Source: an uncultured Chloroflexia bacterium
GTDB taxonomy: Bacteria > Chloroflexota > UBA6077 > JACCZL01
NCBI GenBank assembly: GCA_963765765.1
Contig: CAVXYC010000019.1
Location: 160,001-224,000, forward strand
Length of the DNA: 64,000 bases
Direction of reading: 5' to 3'
How positions within the stretch are numbered: position 1 is the stretch's first letter; each line of letters opens with the position of its first letter. Below are positions 30,221 through 40,019 of the stretch, piece by piece. The notes under the pieces were generated by a model that ran no database searches, was not told the DNA's origin, and saw nothing but the letters and a program-made list of their open reading frames with translations. The position numbers were made by a program, and so were the translations under genes.

Positions 30221-30598
30221 ATGCGACTCATGCTCTTCATGTCCGCGCTCCTGACGCTTGTAACTGCGTGCAGCACGATGCAAGTCGTACCCACTCCGCG
30301 AGAGCGCGCCGAGCTCATGCAAGTCCGCTTGAGCTGCCGGGGAGCGGGACTCGGCGGAGGCGCTGCGAAGGGGAGCATTGGCTCTGGCCAGTTTGCGGTG
30401 ACCTGCGGACGCGGACAATCGATGGCACAGACGGAAGTTTTCGTTGGCAACGAGCCGAGCTTTGAGATCTCCTTGTTCATGGAGACGGAAGGTGAGGCAG
30501 TCACCTGTGGCCCTGTCGTGGGCGACATTCTTCCACCGTCCTTGCATTGTGCACGAGGTTCAGACGCGGTGATCCTCGATTTTCGCGGGAAGCCGTGA
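30221..30598 (+). CDS. Hypothetical Cys-containing lipoprotein
   Basis: MRLMLFMSALLTLVTAC lipobox, four further Cys; RBS GGGAG. Confidence 0.55.
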   Translation: MRLMLFMSALLTLVTACSTMQVVPTPRERAELMQVRLSCRGAGLGGGAAKGSIGSGQFAVTCGRGQSMAQTEVFVGNEPSFEISLFMETEGEAVTCGPVVGDILPPSLHCARGSDAVILDFRGKP

Positions 30599-30799
30599 AG
30601 CACGTAATGAGCACCTGCTCCGCTAAATTAGCTCTGACCGTCGCAGGAGCGAATGAGAGCCTCGCCCCCGGTAGCGCGGTGGTCTTGCGCTGCGCCGCGA
30701 GATCCAGCGGTCCATCGAACGAGTTCCAACAGCGAGATCTCGCGGCCGCAGGGCACAAGACCACCGCGCTACCGGGAGCGGCGGAGGCAGTCCGCTGGC

Positions 30800-32034
30800 T
30801 TACGCGGGGATGGCTCCGAGCTCAGCGACGATTTCGGCCGCTGGCCGAACGTCGCACCAGGCTTTGAGCATCTCGCGACCGGTGGGCTCAGCCGGATATG
30901 TGGCATCGCCAACAACCGTAATGTCATAGCCCAGTGCCACGCCGTCGAGGACGGTGGCCCAGACGCAACCGGTCGTTGCGCCCCGGTGACCAGTAATCGG
31001 CGTACGTTGAGATTTCGCAGGATCCTGTGCAGTGGCGTGTAACCGAATGAGCTTCCGCCCTTTTTCTCGATGATGAAGTCGCCGTAGCTCGGCTCGAGCT
31101 CGGCGACGATCTCCGCGCCCTGCGTGCCCTCCACGCAATGCGTCAGTCCAGTTGGCACGGTGCGCAGACGCCGATGCGTCCGCGTATGGACATCATCAAG
31201 ATTGTCACCACGGCGTACCACGCGGACGTAGAGCACCGGCCAGCCCCGCTCACGAACTGCGCGCATCACATCCAGCGTGGCGTTGATAATGCCGGAGCGT
31301 GCCTCATCCGGCATCGGTTTGGTGAGTCCCATTTTCACGTGCGCGCTATCGTTGTTCATGAAGTCGTTCTGCATGTCAACCAGAACCATGGCGAAGTCCG
31401 GCCCTGGCTCGTCGGCGGCGAGGCTCGAATCTCTGATGGCACTGCGGAAATCGTTGGTCGAGATGAGCTCCGCGGTGCTGCGCACGATCCGAAGGTTTGC
31501 ATCGCGGGCAGGGTAGAGTGCGTCTTCAATGACAAACTGCTCGTATGCGAGCCGACCGCCGGTGCGCGACGTTTCGGAGATGGAATCCTCTGCACCGCCG
31601 CCGGCAACGATGCACTGCTCAACACCGAGATTGCTGAGCAACCGGTCAAGTGGGGTGTCGGTGTAAGCGCTGTGGCCCTTTTTCACGATGACATAATCGT
31701 CGGCTTCAGCGCCGATGCCGTCTATGATCTCGGCGCCACGGCTTCCCTCGACGAGGAACGGTCCGGCGGCCTCTCGGCGCGGCCGGAGCCATGAGTCCGC
31801 GAGCGAGCTATCGGCCGCATCGGCGCGAAGCACGGTCGTGACCCAGACGATAGGCCGACCTGCCGCGCGCACGAGCTGAACGATCTCTTGCCACCTGGCG
31901 ATGAGGCTGACGCGATCCTCGTCAGTGAGCTCCGAGAATCGTGTCCGAGCCAGCGCACCATCGCTGTCGATGAAGTCGCGCTGCTGGTCCACCATGAGCA
32001 GCGCTGCCCGCGAGATGTCGAGTCGGCTCGTCAT
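30800..32034 (-). CDS. Tandem two-domain isochorismatase-family cysteine hydrolase; frameshift near 30985
   Basis: VDQQRDF..KKGHSAY and VDMQNDF..KKGGSSF; C-terminus ATTGCVWATVLDGVALGY is in the frame of ORF 30800..31138. Confidence 0.85.
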
Positions 32035-32058
32035 TGAGAGTTCTCCTTAGAGGGAAGG

Positions 32059-32154
32059 CTCCCTCGCTCTTCGGAGAGAGGGTTGGGGTGAGGGTCTCGC
32101 GATGGGGGATATCGACCACCCTTCACCCTAACCCTCTCCCAAAGGGCGAGGGAG
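32059..32154. repeat. REP-like inverted repeat, family B
   Basis: ctccctcgctcttcggagagagggttggggtgaggg paired with cccttcaccctaaccctctcccaaagggcgagggag. Confidence 0.8.
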
Positions 32155-32159
32155 GATTC

Positions 32160-33238
32160 CTAAAGTTTCAGTGCCCTTGCCAGATTGCCACCGAGGATAT
32201 TCATCTTGTCCTGCTCGCTCAGGCGAGGCTTATCGGTGATGTCCGTCGTCGCATTGGGCAGGTACTGAAACTCTGGGTGCGGGAAGTCAGTACCGATGAT
32301 GAAGTTCTCGCTGCCATAGGCCGAGACCAGATCCTCCAGCGGCTCCAGACTCTCAACGGCTGTCATGCAATGCTTTTTGATGAGCTCGCTCGGGCGGTTT
32401 TTGTTCGCGCGCAGTTGGGCTCGATGTAGAAAGCCCGATCCGCCCCGAGCATGGCGTACGTCATCCAGGTAGCGCCGGCCTCGTAGAACACGAAGCGCAG
32501 ATTAGGGAACTCATCCAGGACGCCGCCCAGGCTGAGCGCCGTAGCCGCCACCGTGTAGTCGATACCGAATCCGACATACGTCCCGATGTGCAGTCGGTGA
32601 TACCGCTCATGTCCGACCATTGGGTAGCTCGTGTCGTGATCGGCAATCGTCGCGTTGCAGCCCTGGGTCGTATTGTGCACCAGACACGTCAGATCAAGTG
32701 CGTTGACCGCCTCCCAGAACGGATACAGGTCGGGATCGTCATAGCTTCGATCCATGTAGCTGCCTTTGATCTGCACGGCTTTCAGGCCCAGACCCTTGAC
32801 CCGCTCCAGCTCTTTCACCGACGCGTCGATGTCATCCCAGGCTACCGTGGCCATGGGGATGTAACGGCCGGCGTACTGGTTCTGAATCCTGACGGCCTCA
32901 TTGTTGTAGAGCACGGCCAGCGCTTTGCGAAGCCAGAGCGGCTTGCCAAGCTCCGGCAGGAGCGGCGACGGCATCGCGTCCTGCGTCATGAGCACCTGGG
33001 TATCGAAGCCCAGACGGTCCATCTCTTCGAGCCGCGCGTCTGCATTGTTCTCGGGATCGGCTTTTTCGCTCTTCTTCGGCTGAGCTCGGCTGGAGCGCAC
33101 GGTGGTCGTCCGCCGCAGGATATCTCGCGCCTCGTGAAGCTGAGCGCGCGTAAGCATGTCTTTTAGCTCTTCGGAATCAATGGTGTGATTGAAATGCGTA
33201 TCGCCATCGATTTTTCTGATGGCTGTCGCGATAGCCAT
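32160..33238 (-). CDS. Amidohydrolase_2 family protein; frameshift near 32395
   Basis: DGDTH, LDEFPNLRFVFYEAGATW; C-terminus IGTDFPH..ILGGNLARAL in ORF 32160..32366. Confidence 0.87.
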
Positions 33239-33271
33239 TGTTCTGGCTCCTTCTGTGTGCGCGCTTCTTCG

Positions 33272-34297
33272 TTAAACAGAGATGCGATAGATCCTCGCCG
33301 CCGTATCGTGGAACATCGCCGCGCGCTCGGTAGGCGAATAGTCACGCGAGAGGCGCTTGAAGGCGTTGTACAGCACGTTATACGAGTAGGACACCTTATC
33401 CACCGGGAAGTTGCTCTCGAACATGCAGCGGTCCGGACCGAACTGCTCGATGCAGTAGCTCATGAGCGGTGACATCGACTCCGCGAGCTCTTCCGAGCCG
33501 ATCGGCTCCTTGCGGGTGTGCCAATCGAATCCGGTGCGCGGCATGCCAATGCCGCCGAGCTTTACCACCACATTCGGGCACGCCGCCGCGGCGGCAATGC
33601 CATTGCGCCAGGTGGTCATGACCTCATCGTCACGGTTCGCGTACGGGCCGTCGCGCAGGAGTCCACCAATGTGGTTCAGGATGATCTGGAGATCGGGCAC
33701 GGCTTTAGCAAATTCCACGAGCTCCGGTAGCTGCGGAAAGAACAGCCAGGCGTCGTACGAAAGCCCCATTCTTGCAAGAACACGGGCACCAGCCTGGAAT
33801 TCTCTGCTCACCAGCTGGTGAGGAATCTTGTGCGCCGCCGTGTTCTCCACCTCCGGATTTGGGTCCCAGGTGCACGAATGGCGGATCCCGTGAAATCGAT
33901 TCGGGCTGGCCGCCTGGAGCGCTTCCAGCACCGGCTCCACGCGCTCGCCCAGATTCAAATTGGCGTGGCCGATAATCGTGGCGGCGGCTCGGCCAGGTCC
34001 GTAAAGGCCGCTGGCACTTGCCGCGGCAAGACCCTGGACGAATTCCACTTCACCCACGGGACGCATCTCTTCGGAAGCGCCGGCTCGGTACATTGAGCGC
34101 GCTTCGATGAAAACGGTGGATCGTACGTTGTGGCCGCTGCCGATGTCAGCGACCAACTCATGGAGCAGATATCGCTGATAGGGCAGTCGCTCGGTACGGA
34201 AGTCCCAGAAATGGTGATGCGGATCGCAGATCGGCAGATCCGGCTCGAGGCTCGGCTCTTGAGTCAGCGCGAGCCAGTCATTGCCTCCGAACGGCAT
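33272..34297 (-). CDS. Amidohydrolase family protein (L-fuconolactonase-like)
   Basis: PICDPHHHFWD, ILNHIGG, VVVKLGG, FGPDRCMFESNFPVD. Confidence 0.92.
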   Translation of the reverse strand: MPFGGNDWLALTQEPSLEPDLPICDPHHHFWDFRTERLPYQRYLLHELVADIGSGHNVRSTVFIEARSMYRAGASEEMRPVGEVEFVQGLAAASASGLYGPGRAAATIIGHANLNLGERVEPVLEALQAASPNRFHGIRHSCTWDPNPEVENTAAHKIPHQLVSREFQAGARVLARMGLSYDAWLFFPQLPELVEFAKAVPDLQIILNHIGGLLRDGPYANRDDEVMTTWRNGIAAAAACPNVVVKLGGIGMPRTGFDWHTRKEPIGSEELAESMSPLMSYCIEQFGPDRCMFESNFPVDKVSYSYNVLYNAFKRLSRDYSPTERAAMFHDTAARIYRISV

Positions 34298-34443
34298 GGC
34301 ACTCCCCTTACGGTGTGATGGCTCGGAGTGACTCCGCGTGTGGGCTGACCGCCGCTGCCCGGCGCACTGCCAGAACCGATCGCAGCCTACAAGGTGGGCG
34401 TAGCGGTGTCAATCGGGGTTAAGCTCGACCACCACTTTTAGAG

Positions 34444-34537
34444 TGCGGCGGTCTTCGCCGCTTTCGTACCGAGCGGAGCGTCACAGCGATAGTGAGCTCG
34501 GCTTCCAGCCGGCGTGAAAGCGGCGAAGACCGCCGCA
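34444..34537. repeat. Inverted repeat with perfect 22-bp arms (REP-like)
   Basis: tgcggcggtcttcgccgctttc ... gaaagcggcgaagaccgccgca; a related half copy lies near 53451-53477. Confidence 0.8.
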
Positions 34538-34555
34538 GTCCAAAGTTGGCCAACG

Positions 34556-36007
34556 CTACGCTTCGACGCCAGCAGCAACCGGTTGAGCTGAGTGTCTGGG
34601 ACGCGGGCTGGGACTCGAACGAAACGTCCAGTACACACCGGCCGCCTGCATTCCGCCGAAGACTACGAACGAGAGCGCGATCACAATACTGAGCGATCCC
34701 AGTCCACCGCCGAGGACACTCACGACAATCGTGCCGCCGACCACAGCGACAATCAATCGAGCAAACCCTGCGCCAAGCGGCGCCCAGAGTCGGCCGGCTC
34801 CCTGCGAAGCAAAGTAGAGTGCCAGGCCGAATCCGAAGAGCACATAGGTGGGACCGACGTTGTGGAGATACGTCGCGCCATAGCTCAGCACCTCGGGCTG
34901 ATCGCTAAACATCCCCAGCCAGAGATTAGGGGCCAGCGCGGCGACCAGACCGACCGTTCCGGTCACTCCTCCTGCCAGGAGCGCGCCGGTCCAGGCGATG
35001 CGGCGCGCTCGATCGATCTGCCCAGCGCCAACATTAGTACCCACCATCGTGACTAACGCCGACCCGAGACCGAAGACCAGTGGTATGAGCAAATATTCCA
35101 AACGGCTTGCCAGACCATAGCCAGCGAGCGCGTAGATTCCAAACGAGCCGACCAGTCCGGTGACCGCCGCGACGTTTGCGTTTGTCAGGATGGTGTTGAT
35201 GGACCCCAGAAAACCGACCCGCAGGATGTCCGCAAAGTGGTGGCGCTGAAGTGACGTCCAGCCGATACTCAGTCCGCCTTTCGATCGTCGGCTGGACGCG
35301 TACCAGGTGAGTACGACCGCCCGAAGAACGTTTGAGATCACCAGTGAAATCGCCGCGCCGGAGACACCGAGGCCTTGAAGCGGTCCGAAACCGAAGATGA
35401 GAGCCGGAGCAAGGCTGATATGCACTAGCTCGCCGAACACGACAACCATCGCGGGGACATTCATGTCGCCCGATCCGCGCAGAATGCTGGCCCACGTGTT
35501 GACCAGCCAGAGCGCGGCCGAGCCACTAAAGAGAATGGCTGAATAAGTGATAGCTGCATCAAGCGAGGCGCCCGCGCCGCCCATGGTGCGATAGAGCGAC
35601 GGTCCGGCAAGGAGTCCACCCGCTGTGAACAACACGGACAGTCCCAGGCCGATGACCAACGCGTGTGTCACAAGGGCGTTTGCATCGGCGCGCCGACCCG
35701 CGCCCAGGGCGCGAGCGATGGCGGAGGAGATACCCCCGCCGATGCCCCCCGCGGACATCGTGACCATGAGCATCCAGGCGGGCAGCACCAGCGACACGCC
35801 GGCCAGCGCATCAGGTCCCAGCCGTCCCACAAACCACGCGTCGAACGTGCTGGATGCTGCCAACACCATCACGACCACGATGTTGGGTGCGGCGAGCCGC
35901 AGCAGACGAGGCAAAATCGGCCCCTCCAACAGAATTCGCGTCTGAGCGCCAACCTGTTTCGGCTGGCGCTGGACGTTGGGTGGCACTTCTAGCGTGGATG
36001 ATGGCAC
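34556..36007 (-). CDS. MATE family efflux transporter
   Basis: LLEGPILPRLLRLAAPN, VGRLGPDALAG, ILRGSGDM..P, LAGYGLASRLE, VGTNVGAGQIDRA. Confidence 0.93.
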   Translation of the reverse strand: MPSSTLEVPPNVQRQPKQVGAQTRILLEGPILPRLLRLAAPNIVVVMVLAASSTFDAWFVGRLGPDALAGVSLVLPAWMLMVTMSAGGIGGGISSAIARALGAGRRADANALVTHALVIGLGLSVLFTAGGLLAGPSLYRTMGGAGASLDAAITYSAILFSGSAALWLVNTWASILRGSGDMNVPAMVVVFGELVHISLAPALIFGFGPLQGLGVSGAAISLVISNVLRAVVLTWYASSRRSKGGLSIGWTSLQRHHFADILRVGFLGSINTILTNANVAAVTGLVGSFGIYALAGYGLASRLEYLLIPLVFGLGSALVTMVGTNVGAGQIDRARRIAWTGALLAGGVTGTVGLVAALAPNLWLGMFSDQPEVLSYGATYLHNVGPTYVLFGFGLALYFASQGAGRLWAPLGAGFARLIVAVVGGTIVVSVLGGGLGSLSIVIALSFVVFGGMQAAGVYWTFRSSPSPRPRHSAQPVAAGVEA

Positions 36008-36039
36008 GAGCGACTCCGCAGGCCTTGACGATGGACGTG

Positions 36040-36093
36040 ACTTGCGATATGCAAGTTAGTGACAGATTAGCAGTGTACCTTGTAAAATGCAAG
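36040..36093. promoter_or_regulatory. Two palindromic operator sites between MATE and HxlR genes
   Basis: ACTTGC-gatat-GCAAGT (36040-36056) and CTTGT-aaaat-GCAAG (36079-36093). Confidence 0.65.
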
Positions 36094-36263
36094 TGACTTC
36101 GTTGAGCGGTGTCCCTGCAAGTGACGGAGTTGATGACAGGGCGGCCACGACTGAGAGCATGGAGTTTTGAGCGGAGATGCTCAGGCCGGAAATTTGGTGC
36201 GCCTCGACGCGCCCGACGCGCGGCGAGATAGGAAAGGCTATATCCAAAGAAAGGACCAAGCCA

Positions 36264-36683
36264 TTGCCACTGTCCCGATCCAATCTCAAACACCAGACTG
36301 AGGAGCAAGCAACAACTCGTTCGAACTGTCCCATTGCCTGCACGCTTGACCTCGTTGGGGATCGTTGGACGCTGCTTGTCATCCGCGACTTGATGCGGCA
36401 GCGCAGTCGCTTCGGCGAGCTGCTCAATTCGCCTGAGCGCATCCCGACCAACATCCTGGCTGATCGGCTCAAACGGCTCGAGCGCGCAGGAGTCATCTCC
36501 AGTTCGCGGTACAACGAGCATCCTCCGCGTTACGAATACGCGCTTACGGAAAAGGGGCTGGAGCTCGGCCGGGCCATCAATGCGCTCGCATCCTGGGGCC
36601 TGAAGTACGTTCCGGGCACGAGAGTCGGTGAAGGCCTGGTGCATCACGATGAACACGAGCGCCACCTGGATCACCAATCCTGA
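36264..36683 (+). CDS. HxlR family winged-helix regulator
   Basis: RSNCPIACTLDLVGDRWTLLVIRDL..RFGEL..LADRLKRL..RYEYALTEKG; start estimated (TTG after AAGGA). Confidence 0.92.
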   Translation: MPLSRSNLKHQTEEQATTRSNCPIACTLDLVGDRWTLLVIRDLMRQRSRFGELLNSPERIPTNILADRLKRLERAGVISSSRYNEHPPRYEYALTEKGLELGRAINALASWGLKYVPGTRVGEGLVHHDEHERHLDHQS

Positions 36684-36697
36684 CAGGAATTGTCAGG
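36679..36697. promoter_or_regulatory. Palindromic operator upstream of VOC gene
   Basis: CCTGACA-ggaat-TGTCAGG. Confidence 0.55.
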
Positions 36698-36762
36698 ACC
36701 ACCTCCTAGCCTAGAAATTGACCGTCTCGTGTCGCGGTCAGATCAAAGGAGGCATCTATAAC

Positions 36763-37278
36763 ATGGCCGAGACAGATGAGAAGCGCCCGGAGGAAGCCGC
36801 TCAATCAGCACCCGACGGCTATGCGACGGTTACCCCATGGATCATTTCGCGCGATACGTCGGCCCTCATCGATTTCATGAAGAAGGCCTTTGGCGCCGAA
36901 GAGATCGCTCGAGTGGTGGATGAACGCGGCGTCATTGGCCATGCTGAAGTGCGGATCGGCGACTCCGTAGTATTGGGATTCGATGCCCGTCCCGATTGGC
37001 CGGATACGCCTGCCTTTCTACGCTTGTATGTAGCCGATTGCGACGCGGTGTACGAGCGTGCCCTCGCAGTTGGCGGCACATCAGTGACCAGGCCGACCAC
37101 GCTTTTCTTTGGGGATCGAGTAGCGCGAGTGCGGGATCCGCTCGGCAACCTATGGTGGATCCAGACGCGTCTCGAAAATTTGACGATGGAAGAGATGGAG
37201 CGTCGCGCCACGCTGCCTGAGTACGTCGAGGCGATGGAGTACGTCACCGGAGCGGAGTTCTTCCCAGCAACCAAGTGA
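36763..37278 (+). CDS. VOC/glyoxalase (PhnB-like) protein
   Basis: GYATVTPWII..LIDFMKKAFGAEE..HAEVRIGDSVV..FGDRVARVRDPLGNLWWI; RBS AGGAGG. Confidence 0.92.
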   Translation: MAETDEKRPEEAAQSAPDGYATVTPWIISRDTSALIDFMKKAFGAEEIARVVDERGVIGHAEVRIGDSVVLGFDARPDWPDTPAFLRLYVADCDAVYERALAVGGTSVTRPTTLFFGDRVARVRDPLGNLWWIQTRLENLTMEEMERRATLPEYVEAMEYVTGAEFFPATK

Positions 37279-37333
37279 TGCTCCGCGTGCCATGATGGTG
37301 TAGATTCAATAGGTCCAGTCCGCGGAGGGATCT

Positions 37334-38251
37334 ATGCCTATTTCGATCATGTCCGGCAATCGCTACGCCACCAAGCAGCTCGTGAACGGCAACGTAAAGG
37401 TCCAGGGCTTTGACGTGGACTTTCCGGATTGGGGCACCGTGGCGCCGCTGTTCAATAGCTTCTATCACAACCTCGACCAGGACGCGGTCGACCTGCCACT
37501 CAGCAACTACATCATCGCGCGCGATCTCGGGAAGCCGATTACGGCCGTTCCGACTTTTCCGACTCGCTTCCAGCCGCTGATGGGCCCGATGGTGAATCGT
37601 AAGTCGGGCATCAAGACGGTCAACGACCTCATCGGCAAGAAGGTCGGCGTTCAGGGCTTTGCTTTCAACCCGGCTGTCTATCTCCGCGGGATGCTGACGC
37701 AGATGTACAACTTTCCTGTCGAAGAGATCATCTGGGTGGAAGGGGAGCCGAACTCGACCAGCAATATTGCTTACGGGCGCGATAGCAGATTCAAGATCGA
37801 GAAGGCGCCGCGCAGCATCATGGACATGGTCAACGATGGTGAGCTCGACGCGGTATTCATGTCTGATGGCGGTCTCGATCCGACCGACAAGTTGGATCGG
37901 TTGTTCGAGGACCCGTGGGTCGAGATCCGCAAGTTTTACGAGAAGACCGGCGTCTTCCCGGTGAACGCGGCCGTGGTCTTCCGCAACGAGATACTCGAGG
38001 CCAACCCCGGTCTGGATAAGGCTCTGGTGAAAGCCTACCAGGAAGCCTGGGACCGCTACGTCGCGGAAGAGCCCGACAGCAAGCACATGATGCTGGCGCT
38101 ATCGGAGATGAAGAAGCTGGGCGTTATGCCGCTCAAAGAAGGCTTCAGCGCCAACCGGAAGAACATTGCCTGGATCGCCAAAGCCTGCCACGACCAGGGC
38201 CTTACGAAGCGCCTCTGGGAGCCCGAGGAGCTGTTTCCGCAAATCGACTAG
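37334..38251 (+). CDS. Second 4,5-dihydroxyphthalate decarboxylase-like (PBP II fold) protein
   Basis: PLSNYIIARD..AVPTFPTRF, LIGKKVGV, RGML, FYEKTGVFPVN, GFSANRK..DQGL; paralog of 19325..20281. Confidence 0.75.
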   Translation: MPISIMSGNRYATKQLVNGNVKVQGFDVDFPDWGTVAPLFNSFYHNLDQDAVDLPLSNYIIARDLGKPITAVPTFPTRFQPLMGPMVNRKSGIKTVNDLIGKKVGVQGFAFNPAVYLRGMLTQMYNFPVEEIIWVEGEPNSTSNIAYGRDSRFKIEKAPRSIMDMVNDGELDAVFMSDGGLDPTDKLDRLFEDPWVEIRKFYEKTGVFPVNAAVVFRNEILEANPGLDKALVKAYQEAWDRYVAEEPDSKHMMLALSEMKKLGVMPLKEGFSANRKNIAWIAKACHDQGLTKRLWEPEELFPQID

Positions 38252-38254
38252 GAG

Positions 38255-38290
38255 TGGGTGGGACAGGCAGGTACCTGCCTGTCCCACCCA
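38255..38290. terminator. Perfect 36-bp palindrome between convergent genes (likely bidirectional terminator or REP)
   Basis: tgggtgggacaggcaggtacctgcctgtcccaccca is its own reverse complement. Confidence 0.65.
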
Positions 38291-38298
38291 GGAAGGTC

Positions 38299-39102
38299 TT
38301 ACTGCGGGAATGGGAAGTGCTCGGACATCCAGGCTTGCCAGCTTGCTTCAGCATCGGCCGTGCCATTGGCTCCATCCGGGCCATAGAGAAACAGCCGCAC
38401 GGACACGTAGACCTGGTCCATTTGGATCGGAAAGAAGTGAGCTAGCCCAGGCGCCGGCTGAGTAAGTCGGAGCAGGGCGGACGGAAATTCAGCCGGGCCA
38501 AGCTCCTCCACGATTCCGCTCAAGACGGGTGCACCGCTCGCTGATGCTACGGGCTGGCCATTGGCGACGTCCGCTATCCCGAGTGCCGCGGTGAATGTCC
38601 GCCAGGTTGTCGGAACGTCTTCTGGGCTCACGCCCATGACCTGGAACGCTGAGCACTGTTGCCCCGAGAAGTGCTGAAGGTAGAGCCGCAGTATCTTGAA
38701 GAATCCGATCCAGCCCCATTCGTGCCCCTCGAACTGACTGTCCCAGTCGTCCGTGTCGGCGAACCAGCTATGGACGACCCGAACAACGCACGTTCCACCT
38801 GAGTGCGCTTCCACGCTCCATTCGGTCGCAACGGTGGGCGAGCCAGGGCCCATGTCATCCGTGTTTTCAGCGACGAATCGATGTGGCGGGTTCCATGTGG
38901 TGATGACTGACGCCGAGTCCATGCCCGGTCCAAAGCTGGACGTCGTGATCCCTCCTTCACGTTGCTCCACGGTTGAAGGCACGAACCACGATGAGATCCC
39001 TGGCCCCGATGCGATTGCGTTCCAGACGTCTTCCGGAGAGCCGGGGACTTCCACCTCCGCTTGAACAAACCGACGACCTGACTCGTCTTTCCTCACAGGC
39101 AT
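38299..39102 (-). CDS. SRPBCC domain protein
   Basis: EVEVPGSPEDVWNAIASGPGISSWFVP..WNPPHRF..GTCVVRVVHS. Confidence 0.87.
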   Translation of the reverse strand: MPVRKDESGRRFVQAEVEVPGSPEDVWNAIASGPGISSWFVPSTVEQREGGITTSSFGPGMDSASVITTWNPPHRFVAENTDDMGPGSPTVATEWSVEAHSGGTCVVRVVHSWFADTDDWDSQFEGHEWGWIGFFKILRLYLQHFSGQQCSAFQVMGVSPEDVPTTWRTFTAALGIADVANGQPVASASGAPVLSGIVEELGPAEFPSALLRLTQPAPGLAHFFPIQMDQVYVSVRLFLYGPDGANGTADAEASWQAWMSEHFPFPQ

Positions 39103-39108
39103 GCGCGT

Positions 39109-39702
39109 CTACTCCTCTCCCTCTTCAATAAGTAGGGGGTGAGCCACCAGCACGATGCGATGCGGCCGCCCGCCGGGCGCCGATTCGTCGTGATACTTGG
39201 CGGCGAGTGTTGTAATCGATTGGGTTAGCTCGCGACTGAACGCAGCGCGCTCTGCGGCCGAACGAAATCGAATCTCCGTATCGATCGAGAGCGTGGCCAG
39301 ATACTTGCCCGCGGCTTCCGAGCGGTGGATGAGATTGCTCACCTCGCGGACAATTCGGGCGCCGAGTGCGATGAGATAGCTTGCGGAGAGCCGATCACGC
39401 GCGCGGGCCGGATCGCTAGCCACAGGTCCCAGAGCCCCGGGAGAGACGACGTACGACGTCGCTGTGGCAACTAGCTTGCGCTCGGTAAGGCCCCCCCAGC
39501 GGCGCTCTTCCGCCACGTGAACGAGTCCACTCGATTCCAGCGCCCGCAGATGATAGTTGAGCTTTTGCCGGGCAATTCCCAACCTCGCCGAGAGCGCCGC
39601 CGCGGAAGCCGGCTCGGACAGCTCGGCCAGGAGCCGGCTCCGAATCGAGTCCAGCGCAACCGTCGCCACGGCCGGGTTCTCGATGACTTCCACGTCAAGC
39701 AT
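39109..39702 (-). CDS. ArsR-like helix-turn-helix regulator
   Basis: RSRLLAELSEPASAAALSARLGIARQKLNYHLRALE..GLV. Confidence 0.88.
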   Translation of the reverse strand: MLDVEVIENPAVATVALDSIRSRLLAELSEPASAAALSARLGIARQKLNYHLRALESSGLVHVAEERRWGGLTERKLVATATSYVVSPGALGPVASDPARARDRLSASYLIALGARIVREVSNLIHRSEAAGKYLATLSIDTEIRFRSAAERAAFSRELTQSITTLAAKYHDESAPGGRPHRIVLVAHPLLIEEGEE

Positions 39703-39717
39703 GGTGTGATTCTAGCC

Positions 39718-39737
39718 TTGACAAGAAATATTGTCAA
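39718..39737. promoter_or_regulatory. Palindromic operator directly upstream of the HTH regulator (autoregulation)
   Basis: TTGACAA-gaaata-TTGTCAA, 15 bp from the start codon. Confidence 0.65.
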
Positions 39738-40019
39738 TGCCACGAAACGGCAGTGCGCGGTGGGCATCATGCAACTGACCAAACACCACGACGTACTGAC
39801 CATCCTGGCATGTCAATGGAAGATCTGTCAAGACCTTCGCTGCACTCAGGATGACAGCAGCCGGGGACGATGCCTGATACCTGGCAATCGTCTAACAGCC
39901 CGCCGGCCTGCGGCATCTAGTTGAACAACCACCCGTCCGCTGCTAGGATAGGTTGCAATCACCCCGTAGCAAGTGGCCCTGTGAACGTGGACCGGGCGAG
40001 AGCCCGGCAGGAGCGAACG

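Noticed and set aside
35811-36677. Long alternative ORFs such as 35811..36677(-), 37244..38086(-), 47697..48662(+) and 12722..13531(-)
   Set aside because: Antisense shadows of well-supported genes, expected at this GC content.
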